From Lama glama (Eukaryota): 63,907 nt of DNA. Position numbers and translations under genes: made by a program. Where the stretch lies: positions 94,180,094 to 94,244,000 of the forward strand of contig CM052816.1 in assembly GCA_028534125.1 (NCBI GenBank). The letters run 5' to 3'. This document shows, one piece after another, positions 12,661-25,747 of the stretch (positions are counted from its first letter, which is position 1; every line of letters starts with the position of its first letter). A model generated the notes under the pieces. The model did not search any database and was not told where the DNA came from. It worked only from the letters and a program-made list of their open reading frames with translations.

Positions 12661-14094
12661 GAACAGAGAACCCATAAATAAACCTGCACACCTACAGTCA
12701 ACTAACCTCCAACAAAGGAGGCAAGAATATGCAATGGAGAAAAGACAGTATCTTCAGAAAGCTTTGTTCAGAAAGTTGGACAGCCACATGTAAAGCTAGA
12801 ACACTCCCTCACACCTTACACAAAAATAAACTCACAATGGCTTAAAGACTTAAACATAAGTCACTATAAACCTCCGAGAAGAAAACACAGGCAAAATATT
12901 TTCTGACATAAATCTTAGCAATGTTCTCCTCAGGCAGTCTACCCAGGCAATAGAAATAAAAGCAAAAATAAACAAATTGGACCTAATTAAGCTTATAAGC
13001 TTCTGCACAGCAAATGAAACCATATACAAAACAAAAAGGCAACCTATGGAATGGGAGAAAATAATTGCAAATGATGCGACTGACAAGGACTTAATTGCCC
13101 TTGTCAGGATATACAAACAGCTCATATAGCTTAATAACAAAAAAGCAAACAACCCAGTCCAAAAGTGGGCAGAAGACCTAAACAAACAATTCTCCAACGA
13201 AGACATACAAATGGCCAAGAGGCACATGAAAAAAATGGTCAACATCACTAATTATCAGAGACATGCAAATCAAAACTACAATGAGATACCACCTCACACC
13301 AGTCAGAATGGCCATCATTCAAAAGTCCACAAACAATAAATGCTGGAGAGGCTGTGGAGAAAAGGGAGCCCTCCTACGCTGTGGGTGAGAATGTAGTTTG
13401 GTGCAGCCACTGTGGAAAACTGTATGAAGTTTCCTCAAAAAATTAAAAGTAGACTTAACATATGATCCAGCAATCCCACTCCTGGGCATGTGCCTGGAGG
13501 GAGCTCTAATTCAAAAAGATGCCTGAACCCCAGTGTTCATAGCAGCACTATTTACAATAGCCAAAACATGTAAACAACCTAAATGTCCATCCACAGATGA
13601 CTGAATAAAGAAGTTGTGGTGTATTTATTCAATGGAATACTACTCTGCCACAAAAAGTGAAATAACGCGATTTGCAGCAACATGGATGGAACTAGAGATC
13701 ATCATACTAAGTGAAGTAAGCCAGACAAAGACAAATATCATATGATAGCACTTATATGTGGAATCTAAAAAATGATAATGAACTTATTTACAAAACAAAA
13801 GGAGACTCAGACATAGAAAACAAACTTATGGTTACCAGAAGGATAGGAAGTGGGAGGGATAAATTAGGAGTTTGGGATTAACAGATACAAACTACCATAT
13901 ATAAAATAGATAAACTACAAGGTCCTAATGTATAGCACAGGGAAATACATTCAATATCTTGTAATAAACTATAACGAAAAAGGATATGAAAAAGAGTATA
14001 TATATATATATATATACGTATAACTGAATCGCTATGCTGTACAGCAGAAACTAACACAACATTGTAAATCAATTGAACTTCAGTTTAAAAAAAA
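12661..14094 (+). mobile_element. 5'-truncated lineage-specific L1 (3' ORF2, 3'UTR and A-tail), camelid-like
   Basis: Continuous degraded ORF2 C-terminal region with the gaaatcaaaactacaatgag-like motif, a 3'UTR with gggataaattaggagtttgggattaacagatac, and an A-tail at 14087-14094. No clear TSD. Confidence 0.9.
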
Positions 14095-14099
14095 TCTGT

Positions 14100-15400
14100 T
14101 CCAATAAGGACTCCTCTCATTCAGATACAAGTAATGAAACAGGAAACAGAACTAGAGCTCTAGAACTATGCTATAAGGAAAAAAATGATAATGAACAGAA
14201 AAAATAAAAATTATACACAATTAGGAAAGAAAACAAAACGCATTTTGTCATGGAGCGAGAAAGAGTGATTAATCAATTCCTCATGGAGTCAAATAATGTA
14301 ATAAAAATGGTCTCTGTAAGTGGAGCTCAACACAAAGGCTTAAGGAGGAAATTATAAAACAACACAAAGGGATTTAAAAATAAGCAGGCAGAGCTCAGGA
14401 AAGAACTCTAACCGAAACGTGAAACCATCAGAAAGCTCCTGGCCACTTTGGAAGCCGTGACAAGGAGGACGGGTGCACCACTTGTAAGCAGACCTGGCAG
14501 AGGAGCTAGGAAGGTGAGCGCGGTGCAAAGGAACCCACAGCTTAAGGAAGATGAGGTATCTGCTCAACTGATATCCTAATGAATACAAAATAAATGAGAC
14601 CAAAGAAGATACATTTCAGAGAAACTTTTCTTTTAATTAAAGAAGTCACCTCTACAGATCAAAAGGTGCTACAACATCCCTCATGGAACTGATGCACAGT
14701 TATCTTGTCTTACGATACTTACCAGAGTTTTCAAGAGTAAAATAAAAATCAGTATGAATCTCAAGGCAGTAAAACAAAAAACAAATAAAATTTTAAAACT
14801 TGCAAAAGATAAAAATCAGACTGACTTCAGTACAAAACAGTGGAATATTTACAATGACTATAGTGGGGGGGAAGTGTGTTCTATGAATTTTCTATATTGC
14901 TAAATTAGGGCTAGAAATCTTAAAGTGTTTGGTAAAAGAAAAATATTTCCAGGCAGAAATTAACTCAGAAACTATGGTTACCAGGAGTAATTTTGTAAAA
15001 AAGAAACAATTAAGGACAGTATTCCCCAAGCAAGGAGTCAGCAGGAATATGTTTTCAAGAACTGACAGTAAATTCAGATTTACTAGAATATAGTAATTAG
15101 GCATCACTGGGGAATTATGAATGTAAGACAGGAAGTAGATGTCAAACGCAACAATGTAAATGTAATAACGTAACTAAAAGTTTTAGGAGGAGGGAGAAAA
15201 AGGTGTGGGAGAGGAAGCATTCAAGATTGCGACTTTCCAGCGTGAAAACAAAACAATCCAATTAAGAGGAATCTGCGCTGAGTTCACGCAGCCCTCCTAA
15301 TGAAATCATTTTAAACCCTGAGCCTGTGTTCTAGAAATGTCCAGATACGTTTTGTCACTAATAAGAGGAGGACAAGCTTTACTATTTAATGTTTCTGTAA
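14100..15400 (+). mobile_element. Ancient HAL1 / L1 ORF1-like fragment
   Basis: Degenerate ORF1-type motifs: gagaaacttttc...ctctacagatcaaaaggtgc, aaaaatcagactgacttc and gaagtgtgttctatgaattttctatattgctaaatt. Confidence 0.5.
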
Positions 15401-17449
15401 TTTTACAACTATTGGAAACCCCATTGACTGGAATATCGAATCCTCAATTATTTGGCTCACGTCTACTTCATTATTCCTTTGAAATCTTGCTCCACGTTAT
15501 CAGTCGTGTGAGACTCTTCCTTACTCTCGTTAAAGATAGCGGTGGTCATGTTTTCCACTCTAAATGTATGTACAATTCTATTATTTCACTTATTATACTG
15601 TATTTTAAAATACACTTAGACATTTTCCCTTATTAAAGGTATTAATTGTATTCCATACCAGACACTCAGATGCTGCAGATAGAGCAGTGAACAGCCCGCC
15701 CCCCTAACATGCTGAAACTCACATGCCACTAGGCATGAGAGCCTCTCAGTGGCATCCTGTGACGTCCCCTCGGCGTCTGCAACACCAGCTCATGCACGTG
15801 AAAAAGGCAGGATGAACAAAGCAGATCTTATCACTTGGTGACATAAATGTCAATTCCTGTTCATCATACTGTGTTTATGAAACAGAGGGTGTCTGTTTAT
15901 TTAGCGCTTTATCTGTTAATATAATTATCTCTTATTTAGTATCTATTTAGTTTTTATCATTCACCTTATTATATCATATATTAAATTCCGTTAGCAAATA
16001 TATCCTACAGCAAAGTAGACAGGAGGAGATATATATGTATATACGTATTCCCTGTCTTTTTATATTTTTTATATTCTTTTTCCAAAGAACTTATAATCTG
16101 AGTAGAAAATAAACAATAAGCATGAAAATATTAAATGGTAAAGAGAAGCTAAGTTCTGCAGCAAACTGCTGGAAATACAATGCAGTTGAAAACACAGTCT
16201 TTGACAACAATACTTTTCATTCAAAATTGCAGATGTAATTATTTAGGGATTTTTCTGTGGATCAGCAATGCCCTCATTACACCTCTTTCTCCTGCTCGCC
16301 ATTTAGACATTTCATACTTTCTTGGCTCCTGGAGGAGAGAGGTGCTTGGAGAGGTGGGGACACTTCTTTGCCTGCCAGCAGCTCTAGTTAAAGGTTGGGA
16401 GGTAGAGACATTTAATATACTGACCAAAATGTGACGAGGAAATTACTTGTGAATTTCAGTTCATTCCACTCTTGTATCTCATTATCTTGGATAATTAGAG
16501 TTAGCTGTGTTTTTGTGATCAAGGAGAGCTGGTTTGGTTGTGTTGTTGATAAAGTTATGACAGTGCACAAGATAGATATTAATAGAATTTGAAATGTATT
16601 ATGTAATACTACATTTATTAATTTCTGGAAACATTGCGTTGACCTTAACATATATTTTTAAAATATACCAATAGCGTTTCACTATCCATATTATGTAGAA
16701 AATCAAGTTTCACAAAATGAAGGTTGGAAATAACATATTGTTCATTGAGATGAAAGGTAAAGAAAAGTGAACTACTGTTTATTCAACACCCACTTAGATT
16801 GTATTCAGCTCTTCCTGGATAACAAGCACTCACTCCTGCGGGAGATACGGACACAGCCATGGACAAGAAACAAGGGTTCTTCGGTTATGAAGCTGACATC
16901 CTAGTGGAAACACTACATATATATTTGACACATATAGTGAAGCGTCTTCCAGAAGGTAGCAATTGATTGGAGAAGAAATTCTGGGTGAGATGAGGAAAAA
17001 CACAGTGTTACTGTTATCTGCATCATTACCCCAACTTCAGAAGTTAAAAAATTACAGACATCTAAGATATTAACAAATATTAAAGGAACATGTGGTGGTG
17101 GTAACTGACCAGATATTTAATAAATCATAATGTACAGAATTGGCTCTTTACATGATGAAATGTTTCCGACAGCTATATAAAAATAACACACAAAGCCAGA
17201 AAACACCTGTTAGTGAGAGACGTCCTTTTATAAAATGTTAATTAGGGAACAGAATGTAGAAGTGATCAAATTATGTAGGTTTTATTCAGTTCTTATAGGG
17301 ATGATAAAGAAAACAAACATTTTAAAGAAGGACAAATGAATGTGTATCAATTATGCCTATAGCACAGGTTCATGTGTGTCAGGGCAAAACCAAAAAACAA
17401 GAAAACAGAACTATTGCTTGTGAGTAAAACTATGATTTATATGTAGATA

Positions 17450-17650
17450 ATCATAGCTAACAATCATGGAATGCTTAACGTATCCATCCTATGTATGGTT
17501 CCGTGTGACATACACCGTCTCCTTCGATCTTCACAAAATGTAAGACTGTATCAGCTTAATCCCATTTTATATACAAAACTGAGGGTTAGTTAGCATTTAT
17601 AGCTCTGATGGGAAAACAGCTACCAAGCAGTCCGATCCAAGACTCACTCA
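17450..17650 (-). mobile_element. MIR SINE
   Basis: taatcatagctaacaatcatggaatgctta...cttcacaaaa...cccattttatatacaaaactgagggttag. Confidence 0.6.
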
Positions 17651-18749
17651 CCCATCATGAAATACTGCCCACAGGTGACACAGCTTTATATCCCAGTGAA
17701 CACCAGCTACCCTGTTATTAATAGCGCCTCACTCAACGCTCAGAATGGCACCAATCTGGACAATATACAGTATGTTTACTATGACAGACGTCTGTCTCCA
17801 AGCACCTGGATTAATAAAGAACAGGTGCCCAGTGCAACTGGGACTTGGTCGTGATCCCTGAGGAACACCACATGCTCAGAACCGTGCCTCCAGTACAGTA
17901 ACGGCAGCAAAAAAATGGGTTTAATTAGCAAGTGCTGTCCTTAAACAGATCCTCAAACCAGAGTCAATTATAAAGTGCGTCAAAATGTAACATAAACGTA
18001 TGGCTTTACACTCAACATTAATTCAGTAAAAATATTTCAGGGTACGTGCACTTGTATGTGTGGGTGTGCGTTTATACAGGACAGAAGAAATTCAGTATGA
18101 AATTGCTCCATTAGTCTTTTTTCAAATCTGGTTTAATAGAAGATTATACTTTAAATCATCTGGAAGATTAGATGTATTTCAGCCCAATCACCTTAATTAT
18201 TTTTCTCTCAACTGATTGGCAGTGACTTTGAGAATCAAGAGTACTGCCCTTCTGTGTGACAGACTGAGTTTAAATGTCTTAACATGTGATGAATTTTGAA
18301 TAATAATGAAATAAGCGCTAAAAACTCTTCATAAGATTTATTTTAGACAATAGAGGAATTCTTTACATTCAGGATCAATACTCTGTGTCCACTTTATAAA
18401 ACTAAAAGAGTTGGCGATTGTTTGTTTCTTTGTTGATTTTTGTACATCACAGTGATGAAAGCATTTAGAAGACTGGTGGAATTAGAAAAAGTAGCAGAAA
18501 TTGCTAAATGCAAAAATGATTAATCAAAATTCAGAGTCAAACTGAATTTTAAGAATTATGTTTTCTTAAACCTGGTGGTGTTGCTTATATCCAACAAGTC
18601 TGTTCTTTGTCGGATAGGATACTCTGAAATTGTCACACATAGAAATACTAATATGTATATACGTATACGTAATATGTATATACATTTATGATAGTACTGA
18701 CAATTGACAGTCACAATAGTATTGTGATCCATCCATCTTTCCATTTGGC

Positions 18750-18900
18750 TCTTTACATTTACTTGCCACCTTCTAGGTACCAGGCACTGTGTTTGTTGCT
18801 GAAATTTTAAAAAATGAATTAAGTTAAATTAAATTAAATTAAAGTCAGTCTTTCTCTTAAATAATTCACAATGTAGTTGTGGAGGAAAATAGCCAAACCG
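18750..18900 (-). mobile_element. L2 3' end fragment
   Basis: catttacttgccaccttctaggtaccaggcactgtg...ttcacaatgtagttgtggagg. Confidence 0.55.
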
Positions 18901-21269
18901 ATCATCAAAATTTGGTGGAAAAAAGTTCTTTATTTTAAATTACATATCATGTAATATGAGAGCACAAAGGAAAATGCTCCTTACAGGGGAGCCGACACTT
19001 GAACAACCTGAGTTTCCTCTAGGTATGTGTGAGCGGTAGCTCTTTTCTGGACATTTCAGCATGTCGCTATGCATGATAAAGACAGCTACATCAGTGTGCA
19101 GTAGAGCTGTTTTCTCCCTGCTATAATCCAATTTTATACATTATGAAGATTGATGGATTGCCTTAAATTCTTGTTCAGACACAAACACACTTATCCAATT
19201 ACATCATTCTTTAAAAAACGTCTTAATGTGCCTATAACCACATAGCATAGCTAATTAGCATGATGTGAAGTAATTCCCAATGTAGTTTCACTCCTTTACG
19301 CTAGGATCCTCTGACTAAATTGATACCCATAAGAGGTACCACTCAGGCAGAACAGAACTCTGATTTAGTTACTGGAGAACTGTAATCTTGTAAATTTGCC
19401 AATGTAATGACCACCTCCAGAACTTACACTTCCAAAGGGTAGTATAGATGTTCTCACCAAGTAGCAGAAAGCTTCTAGATACCACTGTATGTTATCAAAT
19501 AAATGAAATAATGAGTGAAAAAGTCTCTCCCGCAATTAATAAAAGACAATACCTGATTTCCATATTGAGAATTCAAGAGACTGTGTCCGCCTTCTCATGT
19601 GGGTTCAGATTTATGTTTAAGCAACTGCAGAGGTATATTGCAAGTTTCAGAGCTTGGAAAAAGAATCTGATGGCTTTCATGTTGAGAATTTGTGCCTGTC
19701 TACAGGTAGTTATAAACTAGACAGTAATATAATGAGACTGTCGCCCAAAATGCATCCATCACCTGTCTCATCGTTAAGATAGCATAATTTCCATAATTGC
19801 TAAATTGCATAATCACTTCTCAATGCAGAAATATTAAGTGGAGTTAAGCACTGCATAGGCAGTGTCTGGAACGCCAGTTTCAGGCAGTTCAATGCCTTAA
19901 AGATGAGGTCGATGGCTTGTGTCACACAGGCCGCAGTACGTTTCTGGAAAGAATTAGCAAATTGAATGGAAAACATGCTATGTACTATAGATTGCATGGG
20001 CTTTTGTAAGCTCCAAATTGCTACATTTTGGTTATCTTACACATCACTTCCTCCTGAGCTAATCATTCTGCAAATCTCTGGAAATCTGTAGCTCTCATCT
20101 GGATGAAAATTTATGTAAACTCATCTTTCAGAAGTTAAAGGTAGTAATGAAATATGAAACCTATGCATCTTTGAAATTTTAGGAAGTATATGAATATGAT
20201 TATTTCAATAGATTCATGACATTACTATGCCCATGATATCTCCCGCATCATAAAATAAGTGATTTACCTAAAAGTAATGTGGCCCGTTTCCTTTTATCAT
20301 GGGATCACAGAAGCTCCTACGACTTTAAAAATACGACGTTAAAACATGGCAGTTTACAGCCATTACTTTGTAGGACATCGCTAGGTTCTTACATTTCTAA
20401 TCAAGACTGTCATTTCCCACTGACTTTTGAGGCTTTCTGAGGAAGAAAAAATTATTTTTCCTCTTGATTTATTCTGCCTGTCTAATATGCAACCCTAACG
20501 CTGAATTTTTATGAGGCTACTTTCAAATACACATTGGTGCAGTGGATGGTAAGCTGATGTTTAAACTAATAATTTTTTTTCTCTGGGTTTATACAAAATT
20601 ATTGGGTTCTAGAGATTTCTGTTTGGTAAAATAGTGAAACATAAAGTTCCGTATAACAATTTGAGGGCAGGGGGAGATATCACGGGAGGTGGTTTAAATT
20701 AAATGCATCAGCTAAGGAATGCTGGAAAATTCATGTTCTTGCTCAGTGCCATGTGAAACTTCTTACTATACCCATAGATAACATCTGGATGGACCACCCT
20801 AATTAAGCAAACACAGCAGGAAAACATCTCCTTATTGCTAACCCATCTGACACCTGCAAATTCCTCATTAAACCATACATACCAATGAGAAGGAGGTCTT
20901 AGACATTAGCAAAGCTTACCCCCACCCTTCACTGCCAAACCTAACGAAACTCAGTGACATGAGAAATCTACTCTGTGTTAAAATGTAGGCTCTCATCTGC
21001 CTGGCTTTAGTTTTAAAAGTTAGTGATAACTTAAGTTTCTAGTCTTTTAATGTACAAAAATACACCACATTTAGCATACTAATTTGATCATGTAGCTGTT
21101 CAATCTGTGTGTAACTTTTTATTTGAATGTACACTATTTTAGGTTTTGAGTTCTAATAAAATCAGAGATAAGGCCAATTATTTTTTCTCTTTAGGAATGT
21201 GTTACCTCTTCCTTAAGAAAAATAGTCTAAAAAGAGCGCCACATAAGTCTATACTTGAGAATATTCCCT

Positions 21270-21471
21270 AGGAAAAAAAGTTGTTTGATCGACAAATAAG
21301 GTTTGGTAAATACTACATTCTTGATCTATCTTGAATGGTCACATTTCACACAAGCATGTTAATGTCTCTCAGAATTCCTGCAGGAAAGATTCTCACTTTC
21401 GTTGATGATAGAACATTTTTCCCACTGAAATACCCGTTAAAAGAATAAACTCGGGTACAACCTGTCCTAGA
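21270..21471. mobile_element. hAT-Charlie MITE (possibly MER112-like)
   Basis: caaataaggtttggtaaatactac...cacaagcatgttaatgtctctcagaattcctgcagg, ending near a cctaga target-like sequence. Highly diverged. Confidence 0.4.
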
Positions 21472-22249
21472 ATATTCACCTATCTTAATTTCATTTAGTG
21501 TTTGCAAAGAAGCATTTCATATAGTAAAGCTAGATAGCCCCGTATGGGACACCGAAGTCCTGTCCACTTGAAGGATTGGCATGGCCAGGACAGTATCCTG
21601 AGAAATCATGAAATGCCCACCATTTGGCAGCTGGAAAACTGGTATGAAAGGTATTGATCAAATCAGGCTATATCTTTCGACTTCTAACCCCTCTTATCTC
21701 CAACCTTAAAAACAAAAAAGAAAAGAAAAGAAATTGAAAATGCCCTTTATTCAAACATAATGCAAAGTAGGTGCCTTTCTAAATAACCATCCAGCCAAAT
21801 GGAACAGTCTATCAGGACTACTAAGGTGCTATCATTTCCATGACTTTGCGGGGTTGAAAAACTGAAGAGGTCTCTTCCAGAGCTGCTAACTTGATTCAAC
21901 AGATGACGCAATAATCGGTCTTTGTGATTCTCGCACTGCCGTTTTTTCCTGCCATCACAGCACTTCCTCTGACGGAGCATCATGGAATTAAAGATGAACA
22001 TCTAACTTAATTTTTTTTAAATTTTACTGATTATTCTCTCTTTTACACAGATTTTACATATAATATATAAACTTATGTGTACTATATATAAATATATGTA
22101 TAGAGAGAGAGTATAGGAAATATATACAGAGTATATTTCAGATTACAGTATATATTGCAAGGTATAATATACAGATTTTAAGTCAACCATTCAGTTTTGA
22201 CAAATTAATAAACTCATCTGAACCACACTCATCAAAAGTTCTTTTTTGC

Positions 22250-22789
22250 CTTGCCAGGGGTCCCCAAGACTGCCCCCCAAGTTTAATGATTTGCTAGAAG
22301 GATCCCAGGACTCAGCCTATGGTCATACTCACAGTGGTAATTTATTCCAGCAAAGGATACAAAGCAAAATCAGCAAGGGGAAGAGATGCGCACGGCTATG
22401 GCTAGAGGAGGACAGGTGCAAGCTCTCAAGAGCCCTCAGTCGGTGGAGTCACACGGGACGGGCTTCATCCCCCAGCAGCACGCTGTGACGACGCATGTGT
22501 GATGCTGCCAACCAAAGAGGCTCACCTGAGACTCAGTGTCCAGGGTTTTTACTGGGGCTGAGCACTTAGACACACCTGCAAAGTATGAGCATTTCAGAAA
22601 GAAAGCAGATATTCAAGCACAAACCAATTATTTGCAAAACCGGTTTAGGCCCGTGAACCGTTCTTATCAGAGAGTGGTGGGAACCCTCCTGAAACACAGA
22701 TTCCTACATGTCAGTCGAGGGCCAACCTTGCAAGCAGGCCTGGTGAAGACCGGAGGCTCGGGCCTGCCATGCTAACTCTCGTTTGCCCG
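22250..22789 (-). mobile_element. ERVL-type solo LTR, MER68/MER77-like
   Basis: ggggtccccaagac...aaaggatacaaagcaaaatcagcaagggg...gtggagtcacac...gggccaaccttgcaagcaggcc...gctaactc matches the recalled reverse complement of the MER68 family over about 540 bp. It sits inside an old L1 3' fragment. Confidence 0.75.
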
Positions 22790-23009
22790 TGGGTCCATTG
22801 GCCCTCAGCCCTTCACAAAATCACAGATCCACTTTCCATCAGAATAAATTAGTTTGACCTAGTCTAGAAATTCACATCGGCAGAATCACGTGGAATAACA
22901 ATACGTCATTTAACCATTTAATTTTGAAATATTTCATGCGTAATTCACAGTCCTAAAAGTTTGGGGGCTTGACTTGGTCTGCATTTTGAATTACAGTATT
23001 TTTGTATCT

Positions 23010-23560
23010 CAGGAAATGAGGCTTTCAGAAGCTTCCAGCTCACCTTTGCACAGCTTGGCCACTAGAAGGGAAACTGAAGTCTCCTGCCACGTGCCCACTT
23101 GGAAATCTCAGGTCTCTCAGTCCATTTGAGCTGCTACAACAAAATATCATAGACCAGGTGGCTTATAAACAACAGAACTTTATTTCTTACAGTTCTGGAG
23201 GCTGGAAACCCAAGACCCAGGCCTCGGTATGGTCACATGCTGGTGAAAGCCGTCTTCAGGGTTGTGACTTCCCTGTGTGTCCTCACGTGGTGGGAGGGGC
23301 TACAGAGCTCTGTCAGGTCTCTTTTATAAGACCACTAATCTCATTCATGAGAGCTCTATTCTCACGAATTATATTATATCCCAAAGCCCCTTTCTCACCT
23401 CTAATTCCATCATCATCAAGATTATGATTTCAGCATATTAATTTCACCAAATATTCAGATGATAGCACCAGTGAAGAATCCTGATTGGCCCGGGTTGAGT
23501 GATGGCTCACTTCTGCCCAGTGCCTGGAGCAAAGAAGGCTGGTTCACCTAGCATTTAGAG
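23010..23560 (-). mobile_element. Older MLT1 (MLT1J/K-like) LTR fragment split by MLT1A
   Basis: Flanks rejoin as aaatctcagg|gaagaatcctgattggcccgggttgagtg, similar to the MLT1J/K motif aaaatcccagggaaggactctgattggccc. Confidence 0.5.
23113..23467 (-). mobile_element. MaLR LTR, MLT1A/MLT1A0-like solo LTR
   Basis: ctcagtccatttgagctgctacaacaaaatatcatagacc...tttatttcttacagttctggaggctggaa...attcagatgatagca, with a degenerate 5-bp TSD tcagg/ccagt. Confidence 0.8.
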
Positions 23561-24149
23561 CCAGTGGAGAGGTTACCAGAGGAGAGTGGTCTTCAGGAAC
23601 AGCAGAATCCAGTGGCTGGAAGAAAGGACATATTCAGGGAGACCACCATCCCAATGTGATGATACGATATTAACTTTTTAAGATGCCTATAAATTTTCAA
23701 TTCCAAACCAAAGAGTTTTAATTTATTCAACAAGGTTATCACACTGGTAGGCACCTGGGACAACACAAAAGTGAGTTAGAAGGAAGATTCTGCTCTCGCA
23801 TTGTTCTAGACAATGGCAGTTACAAGCAGCCATGTGAACATCCAGTAGAGCCTGTGAAGTGGGCAAAAGGCATTCCACTGGAAACTACTACATCTTCCAC
23901 CTTAGGATCAAAAATGTTTTCTCCATTGCATTTGCACCTTCTTTGACTTCTTGATAAAGAAACTTATCTGCCAGTTATTTAGCCAGAAATCTAAATGCCA
24001 AGATTCAAACCCAGACCCACCATCACTTTGCCTTTCCAGGCAGCCAAGGGACTGAATGGATGGTACTCGGTAATCAAAACAGAAAGTAGACTTCAAAAGT
24101 TAGTTGTTATCATTTTAAAAATTATGTTCATAATAGTAATATTTATTCT

Positions 24150-25018
24150 AATTGAACTGCACCCTGGATTAGAAGATGACATAGTAAGATGTGAATATTT
24201 TCCCAGACTGACCTATATATTTATTTCAATTCCTATAAATATTCCAGCAATATCTATATATATGTTTTTTAAATAATTACAAGCTTGTTCTGAATTTTAT
24301 TTTGAAAGTCACATGAACCAGAGGCGCCCTGCCAAGTTTGAAAAAAAATAAGATAAAACTATCCCTGATTTCAAAACTAACAAAAAAGATGCAGTAATAA
24401 ATAAGAGTATGCTAATGAGGAAAAGATACACATGTTGATCAATATAACAAAATAATGTGTCCAAAAATAGACCTGCACATTGATTTTTGGCCAGGGCCGA
24501 AACCAATTTAATGGAGAAAGAATAGTGTTCAAGAAATGGTGCTCACACAATTAAATATCCATGTGACAAAAACATGAGCATTGATTCTTACCTCATCTCT
24601 TAACAAAAATCAATACACACTGTTCTGTAGACCTATATGTAAAATCTAAAACTATAAAACTTTTCACATAAACTATGGAAGAACATCTACTGTAAGTAGG
24701 TGAAGATTTCTTAGCTTTATAAAAACCACAATCCATAAGAATGAAATTGATAAATTTATTTTAAAATGATGACACTATAAAGAATACGTACAGAGAAGCC
24801 AGCCACAAATTAGAGAAAATATTGGCAAATCACAAATCTGGAGAGGGACTTATAAAGAGCTCTCAAAATTCCATAATCAGAAAACAAGCTATCCAATTTT
24901 TTAAAAAAGGGTAAAAGCACATGATAACTTGTACAACATCATCAGTTACTAAAGAAATGCAAATTAAAACCACAAGGCAGAACCAAATACATCCAGTAGA
25001 ACGACTGAAAAAAAGCAC
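24150..25018 (+). mobile_element. Old L1 ORF2 fragment, running into assembly gap
   Basis: Degenerate ORF2 motifs such as aatggtgctcacacaattaaatatcc and aaagaaatgcaaattaaaaccacaa (translation KEMQIKTT). Confidence 0.7.
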
Positions 25019-25518
25019 NNNNNNNNNNNNNNNNNNNNNNNNNNNNNNNNNNNNNNNNNNNNNNNNNNNNNNNNNNNNNNNNNNNNNNNNNNNNNNNNNN
25101 NNNNNNNNNNNNNNNNNNNNNNNNNNNNNNNNNNNNNNNNNNNNNNNNNNNNNNNNNNNNNNNNNNNNNNNNNNNNNNNNNNNNNNNNNNNNNNNNNNNN
25201 NNNNNNNNNNNNNNNNNNNNNNNNNNNNNNNNNNNNNNNNNNNNNNNNNNNNNNNNNNNNNNNNNNNNNNNNNNNNNNNNNNNNNNNNNNNNNNNNNNNN
25301 NNNNNNNNNNNNNNNNNNNNNNNNNNNNNNNNNNNNNNNNNNNNNNNNNNNNNNNNNNNNNNNNNNNNNNNNNNNNNNNNNNNNNNNNNNNNNNNNNNNN
25401 NNNNNNNNNNNNNNNNNNNNNNNNNNNNNNNNNNNNNNNNNNNNNNNNNNNNNNNNNNNNNNNNNNNNNNNNNNNNNNNNNNNNNNNNNNNNNNNNNNNN
25501 NNNNNNNNNNNNNNNNNN
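25019..25518. other. Assembly gap (500 N)
   Basis: Exactly 500 N. Confidence 1.
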
Positions 25519-25698
25519 TTAAAAATGGAACCACCAAATGACCCAGTAATTCCTCTTCTGGAAACACCCAAAGGAAAAGAAAATGCTAATCAAAAAGATA
25601 ATCTGCACTCTCATATTCATAGCAGCATTATTTATAACAGCCAAAGCATGGAAGCAACCTAAGTGTCCATTGAAGGATTAATGGATAAAAAAGTTGTG

Positions 25699-25747
<49 letters not shown>

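Noticed and set aside
12850..13248. 132-aa hydrophobic ORF on the minus strand
   Set aside because: Antisense reading of L1 ORF2, a common false membrane-protein call.
24863..25571. Long ORFs of 206-234 aa
   Set aside because: They span the 500-N gap (poly-X), and the flanks are L1.
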